DNA of 63,466 nt, counting the filler, from Octopus bimaculoides (taxonomy: Eukaryota), in assembly GCF_001194135.2 (NCBI RefSeq). It is 7 parts of 6 records of this genome, joined end to end, with 100 filler letters (N's around TTAATTAATTAA, not from the genome) between each part and the next. Parts side by side here need not be neighbours in the genome. Positions count along the whole stretch, not along the records: positions 23,703 to 52,937 come from NC_069004.1; 6 more parts are not named here. One strand, given 5' to 3'. The notes under the pieces are model-generated. The model was not told where the DNA came from. It worked only from the letters and a program-made list of their open reading frames with translations, and ran no database searches. The first letter of the stretch is position 1. The number at the start of each line of letters is the position of its first letter. Shown piece by piece: positions 26,030 through 38,316 of this stretch. A program made the translations under genes and the position numbers.

Positions 26030-27175
26030 GTAATTTCTTTATGATATAACTTTATTTGAATGTTTTTAATTTAATTTTTGCTAATTTGTCTCTAAAGACC
26101 AACGTTTTGTGATTCCTTTCTCTTCGTGCTCACCGGACGTCCTAGAAATAGCTAATACGCCTCCCTCAAATCATGTCCCATCGTCTTTAAAAATATGGAG
26201 GGGCTTGTAGAATATATTGCATAAACTTATTACGTGATATATTGTATCTAAAAATAATTATAATAATTGTCGTGATAGTCTCGCTTCGAATGTCTCCTGA
26301 TAAGCCTGTGCTATTTCAGATGTCCTAAAAACAGTATTGTTATCTTTTAAAATGAGGTCTCCTACTACCATGTACTCTGTCTTTTTATTTATATATTTCT
26401 TAATGTTCTAATATATTTCTTTGTTCCTCGTCTTGTAACGAATATTAGCTCATTTATACATATACAAGTGAAGCGCTATCTTTTATTCTTCTACCGTGGC
26501 CCACAATACGTTTTTGTATCGCCGGTGCCCTCGCGGTGTTTGTCTAAATAAAGCACAAATATAATTTAAACTTTTTATATTTGGGGACAGTCATTTTTTT
26601 GCCATTTAACACACGCACTATTTATTTGAACTTCACTTTAGCGGCGAGCTGGCAGAATCGTTAGCACGCTGGACAAAATGCTTAGCGACATTTCGTTACG
26701 TTCTGAGTTCAAATTCCGCCGAGGTCGATAAATTAAGTACCAGTTATGCACTGGAGTCGATGTCACCGACTTAATCCCTTTGTCTGTCCTTGTTTGTTCC
26801 CTCTAATTTTAGCAAAAAATATTCAACAACACTAATAGTAATTGAAAAAACAAAAATAAACAAGCATTTGACAGTTTTATAGATATTTCAAAATTACGAT
26901 ACTATGATGCTAGGTGTTTCCATTATTTTGTCCAACCCCTGTATTTTAATTTAAATAATGGAAGGCTGTTTTTTTTTTCTTTTTTTCCTCCCAGTTTGGT
27001 ACTGGCATGGCTATGTAGTAAAGAAAGTTTGCTTTGTAACCATTTGATTTCAGGTTCAATCCCATGGTGTGATACCTTGAGTGCATGTCCCCTACTATAG
27101 CCCCAGGCTGACTAACACCTTGTGAATAAAACCGGTAGACAGAAACTATGTGGAAGTTCTTTACATGTATATATA

Positions 27176-27237
<62 letters not shown>

Positions 27238-27698
27238 NNNNNNNNNNNNNNNNNNNNNNNNNNNNNNNNNNNNNNNNNNNNNNNNNNNNNNNNNNNNNNN
27301 NNNNNNNNNNNNNNNNNNNNNNNNNNNNNNNNNNNNNNNNNNNNNNNNNNNNNNNNNNNNNNNNNNNNNNNNNNNNNNNNNNNNNNNNNNNNNNNNNNNN
27401 NNNNNNNNNNNNNNNNNNNNNNNNNNNNNNNNNNNNNNNNNNNNNNNNNNNNNNNNNNNNNNNNNNNNNNNNNNNNNNNNNNNNNNNNNNNNNNNNNNNN
27501 NNNNNNNNNNNNNNNNNNNNNNNNNNNNNNNNNNNNNNNNNNNNNNNNNNNNNNNNNNNNNNNNNNNNNNNNNNNNNNNNNNNNNNNNNNNNNNNNNNNN
27601 NNNNNNNNNNNNNNNNNNNNNNNNNNNNNNNNNNNNNNNNNNNNNNNNNNNNNNNNNNNNNNNNNNNNNTTTTTTTTTTTTTTTTTTTTTTGTCTAAG

Positions 27699-27796
27699 GA
27701 ATCGGCCGAGAAACAGCAAAAATGCTATCAAAGTGTGGTGCAACAACTTACGCTCTGAGTCGCACTGAGGAACACTTGAAGACATTAGTTGAAGAG
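27699..27796 (+). CDS. DCXR: DCXR exon 2 (GIGRETAKMLSKCGATTYALSRTEEHLKTLVEE)
   Basis: T-tract plus ctaag acceptor, donor gtaagc; 98 nt; completes TGAGRGIG; not in ORF track. Confidence 0.93.
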
Positions 27797-28384
27797 GTAA
27801 GCATCCATTTTCTGTTGATACATTGATTCTTCTTGGACAGTCACATTTGGAAGTGTAGCATGTGGTGGTAGCATTGAATGCTGTCCATGATGTTTGTGCC
27901 AAGTTAATGTTGACAGTAGCCCTTAGCAACATGAGCCATTGTTAAGGAGGCTGCTATGGAGGGGCTCTTGATCTGTATATATATGTGTGTGTATGTGTGT
28001 ATGTATATATATGTGTATGTATGTGTGTGTGTGTTGTTTACATTCCCATAACTTAGCACTTCAGCAAAAGAGACCAATAGAATAGGTACCAGATGGGATT
28101 AGGAAACCATGGCAAAGAATCCCAAGATGGATTCTACAAGCCAAGCGAACTGGCAGGAGGCCCAGAGGTGGACAGAGAATGAGATGGTTCGATAATGCCC
28201 GTGGTCATTCTTGGGAATCCTTCCATAAAGTGTAATGATCGTTGCTTCTGACAGGACCCTATGGAGGAGGGGGGGGCTGAGGACCCAACACCCATGACTC
28301 TGCCAAGAAATAAAAAAAGAAAAATGAATGGATGGAAGCTGCGTGTGACTAAAGCATTGTTTTTTGTTTTTTTTTATTATTCAG

Positions 28385-28539
28385 TGCCCAACGATTGTCC
28401 CTGTTGTCTGTGACTTGAGTAACTGGGATCGGACCCGTGAGATTGTCAGCTCACTTGGCCCCATTGATCTGTTGGTTAATAATGCTGCTGTCGGTTCCCT
28501 GAGTCCCTTTGTCGATGCCGCAAAAGAAGATCTTGATAA
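28385..28539 (+). CDS. DCXR: DCXR exon 3 (CPTIVPVVCDLSNWDRTREIVSSLGPIDLLVNNAAVGSLSPFVDAAKEDLD-K)
   Basis: ttcag acceptor, aa|gtttgt donor; DLLVNNAA motif of classical SDRs; 155 nt. Confidence 0.93.
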
Positions 28540-29174
28540 GTTTGTATCTCAAAGCTTTAATTTTTTTGTTTTGTTTTTTTTGTTTGTTTTATAATTAACA
28601 TTCTAAGACAGCACTGAACTAACAGAATCAGTCAAGCAATAGAATACATGCTACCTTGCTGTTGTATATTTTTACATCCCATATATATATATATGTGTGC
28701 GTGTATAAACTTGGAAATAAGATGCATGGCGTTCAATCATATAATAATATAAATAATATATATATGCATTTATACATACATATATGTACATAATTACATA
28801 TATATGTATATATATATGCATATATGTGTACAGGATGTCACAAAATGTAAATACAAAATATGAAAACATGGAATACGAAGATAAACTTTTGTATGCGAAT
28901 AAGGAAAGGAACAAATAGAAAACAAGACAAGTAACATAAAGAACGACCCTTCATCAGTTGTCAACTGTTTATCTACTCCACATTTCGAGCAATTCAACAA
29001 GATGTGCCTTCAAGAAAACAGTTACTCCTGCAGACCAAAATAAAATTTAGGATTTGCAGAGGGTCAAAGTTATAACAAAAACAGGACAGTGAAAACAAAC
29101 AGTGAGGGCTGCTAAGCCATAATGAGGTGAGATGGCAAATGCTGGAGGAACATTCTTTGACAAGAGAAAAGATA

Positions 29175-29205
<31 letters not shown>

Positions 29206-29211
<6 letters not shown>

Positions 29212-29460
29212 GAGTGGTGAATAAACTGTTGTCTAAATTTGCAAAAATGAAAATAACACTGACATCTCATTTTAACAGATATATTTACCAAAATTGCATA
29301 AAAATATCTTGAAATACTGAAGAGTAAATTTATTCAATAAAATCGCCATTGGCTTCAACCACGGCCCCTAGATGACTTCAGAATCTCCTGCAACTCTTCT
29401 GGACGGTCTCTTTGTTTAAGTTGGTGAATGCTGCCATAATCCTTGCCTTCAATTCATCTT
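29206..29460 (-). mobile_element. Tc1/mariner right end (transposase C-terminus plus terminal repeat at TA)
   Basis: ELKARIMAAFTNLNKETVQKSCRRF*SHLGAVVEANGDFIE*; ends at TA|CAG at 29206. Confidence 0.7.
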
Positions 29461-29529
29461 TAAAACATTTTGTCTGATGCTCTACCAGTTCTGCCAATCA
29501 CTTATACTAATTTACTGTTGTTATTTCAG

Positions 29530-29572
29530 AGCGTTTGCTGTTAATTTCTATGCTGTTGTTAATGTTTCACAA
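29530..29572 (+). CDS. DCXR: DCXR exon 4 (K-AFAVNFYAVVNVSQ)
   Basis: tttcag acceptor, gtaagt donor; 43 nt restores phase 0; similar to SFEVNLRAVIQVSQ of vertebrate DCXR as recalled. Confidence 0.9.
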
Positions 29573-29759
29573 GTAAGTACTCCCTGGTTATATAACTGGT
29601 ACCTTAGCTTTTGTTTCTGCTTTCTAATTTTTTTTTTTTCTTATGCCCCACACACATGATTTCAGCAGTGCAGGCATGGCTGTGTGGATACAAAGTTTGA
29701 TTTGGGGTTCAATCACACTGTGAGGCACCTTGACCAAGTGTCTTGTTGTAAACGTATAT

Positions 29760-29924
29760 TGGTTTGAAATTTTGCCTTCCTACTTATCAGAACTTTGGTT
29801 TTAGCTGGGTTGAATCTAAGGCCCTTCGATTCTAATCCTTGCTTCCACACCTGAAACTTCTCCTCTAGTTCTGACAGTGACTCAGCAATTAGAGCAAGGT
29901 CATCAGCATAGAGGAGCTCCCAGG

Positions 29925-29925
<1 letters not shown>
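29760..29925 (-). mobile_element. RTE-type RT fragment in DCXR intron 4
   Basis: PWELLYADDLALIAESLSELEEKFQVWKQGLESKGLRFNPAKTKVL. Confidence 0.85.
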
Positions 29926-29959
<34 letters not shown>

Positions 29960-30306
29960 TTATTTATTTATTTGTGTGTGGTGTGTCCCTGCAATCACTT
30001 GACAACTGATGCTGGTGTGTTTACATCTCCGTGACTTAGCAGTTCAGCAAAAGAGAGTGGCAGAATAAGTACCAGACTGACAAAGAATAAGTCCTGGGGT
30101 CCATTTCTTCGATTGATTAAAAGGCAGTGCTCCAGCATGGCCAGTCAGATGACTGAAACAAGTAAAAAATAAAACTGTACACCGTTACAAAGCCAGTGCA
30201 GTAGTCTGATTAAAATGAGACTTGGCTGTTATTTATAGCAAGTCAAATGATCACATAATTCCATTTTTGACTCATTTTCAAATTAATTATTTTCATTTGG
30301 TTACAG

Positions 30307-30471
30307 ATTGTTGCAAAAAGAATGATAGCAGACAAAAAACGTGGCTCCATTGTCAACATATCCAGTCAAGCTTCTCTGGTAGCGTTAAAGGATCATGGAG
30401 TATATTCCAGCACTAAAGGCGCATTGGATGCTTTAACCAAATCTATGGCCCTTGAGCTGGGTCCTCACGGT
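30307..30471 (+). CDS. DCXR: DCXR exon 5 ([55 protein letters not shown])
   Basis: ttacag acceptor, gtaagt donor; catalytic Ser (ISSQ) and YxxxK (YSSTK); 165 nt. Confidence 0.95.
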
Positions 30472-30991
30472 GTAAGTGTCCTTTGATTCAAGAACCAGAT
30501 GGAATTTTTGATGTATGGTCACATAGTTCTGTTTTAGTACCATCTACAATAAATCGTTAAGGCACCACTCTCTCTCTCTCTGTAAAGGACCAAAATATTG
30601 TGGAAATTTGGAAAGCTCACAATATCAAGCACAGGCGTGGCTGTGTGGTTCAGAAGCTTGGTTCCCATGTTATATTGGGTTCAGTCCCACTGCACAGTAC
30701 CTTGGACGTGTATCTGCTGCTATAGCAGCCTCAGACCAACCAAAGTAGATTTGGTTGGCAGAAACTGAAAGCAGGTGGCGAGCTGGCAGAAACGTTAGCA
30801 CGCCGGGTGAAATGCTTAGCGGTATTTCGTCTGCCGCTATGTTCTGAGTTCAAATTCCGCCGAGGTCGACTTTGCCTTTCATCCTTTCGGGGTCGATAAA
30901 TTAAGTACTAAAGGCCAGATCTGGTCAGTTTTAACATAAAACAGGCAGAATATTTTAGCCAGTTTCAATGCTGAAGGGTCTTTGTCTTTAA

Positions 30992-31189
<198 letters not shown>

Positions 31190-32218
31190 TAAACTATGTC
31201 CATATAGATGTCTGTGTGTCATCATCATCATCGTTTAACGTCTGCTTTCTATGCTGTCATGTGTTAGATGCCACATTCAACACTTCAGATGGCTGGATAG
31301 ATAGAGATGGTAGTCTCTCATAGTCTGCAATTTCTCACTGAACAACCAGCACAAACGATCAAGTGTTTATGCAGTACATGAGTTCACTCCCTTCATGAAA
31401 TCAAGAGAGCAAACGTGAAATGAAGTGTTTTGCTCAAGAACTCAATACACTACCTGGTTCAGTAATCGAAACCACAACCACTGAGCCATGTACCTTCACA
31501 TATGTGTGTGGTAGTAGGCTTGATGTTTATTATATTAACCCTTTCATTACTGTATTTCTATTGAGATGCTCTGTGTTTCTTTCAATTAATTTTAAATATA
31601 ACAAAGAATTTAGTAAAATGACTTAGTCACAATTTATGTTCCTAGCATTAGCTGAATGATAACTAAGTTTGGTGGAAGATTTTAATTCAAAACTTATGAA
31701 AACAAGACATTTGTACTACAGAGCCAGAGATTGTTTTGGTTAGGTTGATATCAAAAGAGTTAAGAATTATTTCTCTATTATATATTTAACCCTTTTGTTA
31801 CCATATTTCTATTGAGATGCTCTGTGTTTCTTTCAATTAATTTTAAATATAACAAAGAATTTAGTAAAATAAATTAGTTATTNNNNNNNNNNNNNNNNNN
31901 NNNNNNNNNNNNNNNNNNNNNNNNNNNNNNNNATATGTGTGTGGTAGTAGGCTTGATGTTTATTATATTAACCCTTTCATTACTGTATTTCTATTGAGAT
32001 GCTCTGTGTTTCTTTCAATTAATTTTAAATATAACAAAGAATTTAGTAAAATGACTTAGTCACAATTTATGTTCCTAGCATTAGCTGAATGATAACTAAG
32101 TTTGGTGGAAGATTTTAATTCAAAACTTATGAAAACAAGACATTTGTACTACAGAGCCAGAGATTGTTTTGGTTAGGTTGATATCAAAAGAGTTAAGAAT
32201 TATTTCTCTATTATATAT

Positions 32219-32447
32219 TTAACCCTTTTGTTACCATATTTCTATTGAGATGCTCTGTGTTTCTTTCAATTAATTTTAAATATAACAAAGAATTTAGTAA
32301 AATAAATTAGTTATTATTAATCTAGTGTTAAGAACATAAATTGTGATTAAGGTTTGATGGAAGATTTTAATTCAGAACTTATGGAAACAAGACAATTGTA
32401 CTCAGAGCCAGAACCGGTTTCAGCCAGATTGGTAATGAAAGGGTTAA
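32219..32447. mobile_element. piggyBac-like MITE (TTAA-CCCTTT...AAAGGG-TTAA); diverged neighbour at 31535-31763
   Basis: TTAA at both ends, CCC/GGG termini, two related units in tandem in DCXR intron 6. Confidence 0.7.
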
Positions 32448-32671
32448 AGCTGGCAGAATCGTTAGCATGCTAGATGAAATGCTTAGTGGTAGTCCACCCG
32501 TTGCTATGTTCTGAGTTCAAATTCCACCAAGGTCAACTTCATCTTTTTGGATTTGATAAATTAAGTACCAGTTGAGTACTGGGGTGGTTGATGTAATCAA
32601 CTAGCCCCCCCNNNNNNNNNNCCTTGTGCTTATAATTGATAGAATTATGATATTAAAGTATTTCTTTTTAA

Positions 32672-32791
<120 letters not shown>

Positions 32792-32920
32792 TAACCAAAA
32801 TGAGGGAGCCTCTATATGGTTGCTCAGCCTTAAAATCCTGCATAGTTGTCCTGAAAATTAAAAAAAAAAGATGCACCATTGGATAACGCAGTCCTTAAAT
32901 ATATTACCGTACCTTGTCTG

Positions 32921-32926
32921 AATAAA
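32921..32926 (+). promoter_or_regulatory. Candidate DCXR polyadenylation signal AATAAA
   Basis: First AATAAA about 130 nt after the stop codon. Confidence 0.5.
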
Positions 32927-33449
32927 AGACAGGATGCTACCACAGCCACTGACCCTGGCTAAACAACCAAAGAGCACAAGAAATAATGTGAGAGTCGAAA
33001 CCACTCCTTCCTTATAAAAAAAAAAAAAGCTGAGATATATAAAACAATATATTTGATAGGTGAAAATATACAGGTGTCTGGTGATGTTTTAATCATGATT
33101 TCAATAGATTCATGTGAGTTTTTGTCGCATGACCCGACGGTGCAATGCTTACATGTTCCTGAACAAGGTACAGTATTGTCTTTTGGGGGATGTAGATCAG
33201 GATTTGTTATGGGGGACGTAAACACCGATGTTGGTGTGTTTACGTCCCCATAACTTAGATACCGATAGAATAAGTACTAGGCTTACAAAGAATATGTCCT
33301 GGGATCAAAGGCGGTGCTCCAGCATGGCTGCAGCCAGATGACTGAAACAGGTAAAAAAATGTGAGTTGTGTTATTTTGTTGTAATATTTTAGTGTTGTAT
33401 GGTGCTTGTGTAGTTGGGTTATTTTGATGTGTTGTGTCAGGTAAAATAT

Positions 33450-33455
33450 TTTATT
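33450..33455 (-). promoter_or_regulatory. Candidate TEPSIN polyadenylation signal AATAAA
   Basis: AATAAA on - strand about 250 nt after the stop, followed by AT-rich sequence. Confidence 0.45.
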
Positions 33456-33704
33456 GCACCTTGATTTAATCCTTCACATCTCTGCTTTCAAATCCCTATC
33501 AAAAGAGGGTTGATTTTAGTTAGTGCTTTGTCTTTTTCTCCTCAGAGTTCATATATACCAGTAATATACTGGATCATATCAATAAATTATTATTCTTCTG
33601 TTTTAAAATAAGTCCAAGCAATGAAAGGAACAAAGGATGGGTCTTATTGGTTTAGAAATCTTTAATCAGACACACTCTCTTTGCAGTGGTCTGAAAACCT
33701 TGAT

Positions 33705-34106
33705 TCAGGTTTCATTGACTTCTAAGGAATCTTCATTGAGCAAGGAGAATTCTGACCCCACCGAGGGTTGCGATGATACATCACTGAGTTCATTATCCGT
33801 CACAGTGGCCTTCAAGCCGATCTCGACTGGCTGTTTGGAACTCTGGTCATTAGAATAGTCTGCAGTTTTCTCTAACTCTTTGTTTACTCCATTTTTCATT
33901 TCTTCGTCATGAATGAAGTGAAAAATCGATGACGCTTTGATTTTGTCATCCATGCAGTTGTCTTCCCCATCTTTTGATAAGGACTCTGCCATCAGATGTT
34001 CTCTGCTGACAGGTCTATCACGAGAGTTGTCGTCTGGAATTGGTTGAACAACAGAGGAGGGGAGAATAGTTTTGTAGACTGTTAACTTCTCGAGGATTCT
34101 AATTAT
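33705..34106 (-). CDS. TEPSIN: TEPSIN exon 12, terminal (IIRILEKLTVYKTILPSS...EDSLEVNET*)
   Basis: ttatttttcag acceptor; 402 nt open to TGA; acidic low-complexity tail; total CDS 1641 nt. Confidence 0.85.
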   Translation of the reverse strand: MIRILEKLTVYKTILPSSVVQPIPDDNSRDRPVSREHLMAESLSKDGEDNCMDDKIKASSIFHFIHDEEMKNGVNKELEKTADYSNDQSSKQPVEIGLKATVTDNELSDVSSQPSVGSEFSLLNEDSLEVNET

Positions 34107-34968
34107 CTGAAAAATAAGATTAATTATTATGAGAAAAAAATTATAAATTTATGAATGGATGTGGTTAAGAAGTTTACTTCAACAACTACAAAGTCTTGGA
34201 TTTAATCTTAAAGCACAGTATCTTGGATAAACTAAAGTATGAAATTTAGTAGATAGAAAGTATAACCTTCACAACTGAAGTACCTTTCTGCTTCCCTCAA
34301 GTCAAATTATAGAAAGCAAAAGTTGGCATAGCCATAGGTTCTCTTCTGGGATTCACAATTGGAACAGTTGATCTCACTATGCAAGAAAACAATAAATACA
34401 AACAAACATACTCTCTTTTTACTTGTTTCAGTCATTTGACTGCGGCCATGCTGGAGCAGTCTCTTTTGCCAAACTGCTAAGTTACGGGGACATAAACACA
34501 CCAGCATCGGTTGTCAAGCAATGCTAGAACAAACACTGCCCCTCCATCTTTTTCCATTTCTATGCATTTCAATGTTCAAATAGAATATAAAGATATTAGT
34601 TGCCCTCCGGATGGAACAGAAGCAGGCGACCCAGTAAAAACTGGCCAAAGTTTTTCTTGGAAAGATGGTGAATAATCTTGCGGACTTCTACCCAGTCAGT
34701 TACTAAATATTGGAACTTTGCACAAATTTCTAGAAATATGGAACTAAATCTCCTTCAAACTAGACCCAACTTCAAACAACAACAAAAAAAAAAAAAAGCA
34801 AAGGACATATGGGAAGAATGTAATCCTAGATACACTATACCTGAAAAATAAAAGACTGGCTGGTTTCTAACTAGAGCATCTGAGACCATAGAGTTACTGG
34901 ATTAAGAGCTAAGCTGGGATTAGACAACAATACAAGCCTGTTAGTGAGAGGTTTTAATGTGCACTTAC

Positions 34969-35124
34969 CTTGCGACACTTTGAGTGCACCAACTGCATCT
35001 CACCACTGTTGACACCGCAGGTGTTGTTGTAGAGATTTAATAAGCTGTCCTTACATACAGATGCCAAGAGGTTTATGTTGATGTAGTCAGCACGACATAA
35101 CCACTCCAGCATAAACAGACAAAG
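34969..35124 (-). CDS. TEPSIN: TEPSIN exon 11 (LCLFMLEWLCRADYININLLASVCKDSLLNLYNNTCGVNSGEMQLVHSKCRK)
   Basis: tttttccctgcag acceptor, aag|gtaagt donor; 156 nt open, phase 0-0. Confidence 0.85.
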
Positions 35125-35747
35125 CTGCAGGGAAAAACAGAGACAGACAGACAGACAGATAGATGGTATGTGTAAGTAGGGAGGGTTGTCATTGACATAT
35201 TATCAAAAGACACATATATATATATATATACATACACATATGGCATTAGGAAGGGCATCCAGTCGTAGAAACCATGCCAAATCAGACTGGAACTTGGTGC
35301 AGTTCTCTGGCTTACCAGTTCCAGTCGAACCATCTAACCCATGCTAGCATGGAAAGCAGGCGCTAAATGATAATGATATATCTATATCTATATAGATTGT
35401 ACGAAGGTTGAACAAACATTAGACAGGGAAGCACTTGGATATAAATACATAGGTATACATCCAGTAGTATATTGGATATTTATTATCCCTCAGATGGTAA
35501 CTTAACCTCTAACTCATATAGATATGTATATATATATACACATATATATATTCAAAATTCTAATAAGTTATCATATTTGTATCCTGACTTTTTATATATA
35601 TATATATATATCCAGTAAAATAAACTGCAAAGCCATACAAGACAATAAAGACAGATTACAATGATCAATGAATAAATTAATTACAGAGATTATGAAAGTT
35701 GTATATAAGTTATTATGAAGGAGTCAGAAGAAACGAATTGCACCTAC

Positions 35748-35949
35748 CAGTTGCGAATGCAATTGTGCATCAGTTTGCAAGTGTTGATTTATTAAATCAA
35801 TCACTTTCTCACAATTCAAAGAACTACACTTGCTGACAAAAGCTTCCAAATCAGATCTTGTTGGCAACGGACGTGTGTTTTCTATCATCTCACAGACAAG
35901 TTGGTCTTCAGCATTCCAGTCAGGCATACTGTACTCCTCTGAGTCTCGC
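35748..35949 (-). CDS. TEPSIN: TEPSIN exon 10 (R-RDSEEYSMPDWNAEDQLVCEMIENTRPLPTRSDLEAFVSKCSSLNCEKVIDLINQHLQTDAQLHSQL), second VHS/ENTH-like domain
   Basis: FvxxCxxLNCExV motif; donor gtaggt; acceptor ttattag (an alternative phase-2 AG lies 21 nt downstream). Confidence 0.85.
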
Positions 35950-35950
35950 C

Positions 35951-36185
35951 TAATAATAATAATAATAATAATCCTTTCTACTTTAGGTACAAGACTTGAA
36001 ATTTGTGGGGAGGGGTAAGTTGATCACATCGACCCCAGTACTTGACTGGTACTTAATTTATCAACCCTGAAAGGATGAAAGGCAAAGTCGACCTTGGTGG
36101 AATTTGAACTCAGAATGTAAGGAGAGAGGAAATGCTGCTAAGCATTTTGCCCAGTGTGCTAACAATTCTGCCAGCTCACTGCCAT
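35951..36185 (-). mobile_element. SINE family B copy in TEPSIN intron 9, tail abutting the exon 10 acceptor
   Basis: Reverse complement of family B; (ATT)n tail runs into the AG at 35951-35950. Confidence 0.85.
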
Positions 36186-36195
36186 GATAATAATA

Positions 36196-36700
36196 ATAAT
36201 GTATTCCTTGGAGAAGTTAATATTAAAAGGGGAATCTTCGAAGGTGACACGTTTTCTCCGTTACTTTTTGTAATTGCAGTAATACCCATAGGAATGACAC
36301 TTAGGAAAGTTAAGATGAATTACCAATGTGGGAAGAAAGGTCCCTCATTGAACCATCTCCTGTTTATGGATGACCTAAAATTGTTTGGGAAATCTGAAAA
36401 ACAGATAGATTCCTTAACTAAGACAGTGTAGTAGGAACATCGGTACGGAATTTGGGGTTACCAAATGCTCAGTACATATGATGAAAAGGGGGAAGAAAGC
36501 AGTCTGCAGAGGATTGCGGTTACCATCAGGAGAGAGCATGGGTGAACCTGACAAAAATTTGATTACTGCAATGAATATCTGGGCAGTTGCGGTGGTCAGA
36601 TATATCACATCCATCCTCAAATGGACTAAGGAGGAAATATCTGGATAGGACAAGAAAGTTGATGATGATGCTGCATGGAGCATTACATCCTAAAACAATA
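36196..36700 (+). mobile_element. Non-LTR reverse transcriptase fragment (R4/NeSL-like) in TEPSIN intron 9
   Basis: IKRGIFEGDTFSPLLF...NHLLFMDDLKLF; disrupted downstream. Confidence 0.85.
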
Positions 36701-37003
36701 CATACACACACACACACACATATTCACACAACTGGCTTCTTTCAGTTTTGATCAACCAGATTCCATTCACAATGCTTTGTTTGGCTTAAGGCTATAGTCA
36801 AAGACACTTGCTCAAGGTGCCATGATGTGGGACTGAACCATGTGGTTGGAAAGCAAGCTTCTTAACTGCATAGCCACGCCTGCACCAACTCTGAATTATC
36901 AATAAGGCTTGAAGGTAATGCACCAGTTTTGCTGTAATGCACCGACAGCAAAACCAGCAGAAAGAATAAAAGCAACATAAAAAGATACCAAAAGAACACC
37001 AAC

Positions 37004-37178
37004 CTGGAATTTAAGATTTCATTAGACACTTTCGTTTCTTTGCTTGAGGTGTGAGAAGATGATGTTGTCGACTTCACTGCTACACTGTTGTCTTCGTCAC
37101 CATAATGGACATCGTCATCATCGTCGTCCCAACCCCCACCTGCACGGCCTGGTACGTGATGGGGGACGGGCAGTTTAG
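37004..37178 (-). CDS. TEPSIN: TEPSIN exon 9 (A-KLPVPHHVPGRAGGGWDDDDDDVHY...NEILNS-R)
   Basis: ctccag acceptor; HxPGxAGGGWD motif of tepsin; donor ag|gttggt (this boundary is less certain). Confidence 0.82.
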
Positions 37179-38127
37179 CTGGAGTGGGGATAAAAAAACA
37201 TAGAAATGTTAACATCATCAAAGATTTATAAACTTTCAAGAGAATGTGAAGCAATTCTTTGATGGAACAGTGAATCTCGAAGCATGCAAGTCGTCATTAT
37301 CACTATTTTTGACGTCCACTTTTCTATGCTTGCATGGGTCTAATGGTGTTTATTTGAGGCAGATTTTTCTACAGCCTGGTGCCCTTCCAGTTACCAATCC
37401 TCACCTGTTTACAAGCAAAATAATATTTCCCCATGACTCCCCATAACAAGACCAGTATATGCAGAATACTCAAAGTGAATGACACTGCTTGTATAACAGT
37501 GACACTCGTTTACAATTATCACTTGATGTCATGACAAAGAGACACAAATACACCCCCTTACACACACACACACACACACACACATATTATATCTGCTTCA
37601 GTCATTTGACTGTGGCCATGCTACATGTTTCCTTTGTGGTATTGCATTGCATATGACTGTTTATATTAATTTATATACTGATTCAGTGGACTTCTTTCCA
37701 TGTCAATCTACCAAATCAACTTACAAGGCTTTGGTTGGCCCAGGGCTTTAGCAAAAGACATTTGTCCAAAGTGCCATGCAGTGGGACTGAACCTAGAACC
37801 ATGAGGTTAGAAAGCTTACATCTTACCACACAGCTACACCAACTGGGTTGAAAAACCCTTTTGGATAGTAAAAGTCAGAGGCTGTCCATGCACAGTGTGC
37901 TGTTATTTATAGCTTTATGTGCTTCAAGATCCACTGTTCCAAAAAGAACAAAAATATTTATTATTTATGAATGAATGGTGGTTGTGGTGGTAGAGGTAGC
38001 AGTAGTAGTAGTAGTAGTAGAAAGAAGCAGAATTGACAACCCAAAACTGAGGGCAGTGGGGGGGGGGAATCATTGATGGCCAATGCTTCACAAAGAGCAA
38101 AAGGGATTCAGTAAGTGATGTCCTTAC

Positions 38128-38316
38128 CTGGTAGAGATGACACCGAGTGGCTCCCAGATATGGCATCGTCCGATAAAGTCTGACTCAGTTGAACTGGTGC
38201 AAAATTACTTTGTTGTTTGTCCAGTTCTGGGATGAAAACCTGGTTGATCTGTGAAGAATCGGTGAATTTATCAAGAAAATTTCCAATACTGTTCCTTAAT
38301 ATCTGGCTGGTGCTTT
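38128..38316 (-). CDS. TEPSIN: TEPSIN exon 8 (K-STSQILRNSIGNFLDKFTDSSQINQVFIPELDKQQSNFAPVQLSQTLSDDAISGSHSVSSLP-A)
   Basis: Pyrimidine tract plus caacag acceptor, g|gtaagg donor; 189 nt; phase 1-1 consistent with neighbours. Confidence 0.8.

Noticed and set aside
28925-29000. CTGATGA and GAAA words on - strand in a Penelope-like-looking repeat (similar partial motifs near 14500-14560, 53900-53960, 57130-57195)
   Set aside because: Could not build stems I-III in a valid hammerhead topology; they may be decayed remnants but are unsupported as single copies.
31500-32315. Apparently identical 383-bp direct repeat (31500-31882 and 31933-32315)
   Set aside because: The copies abut a 50-N gap; this is the signature of unmerged overlapping contig ends.
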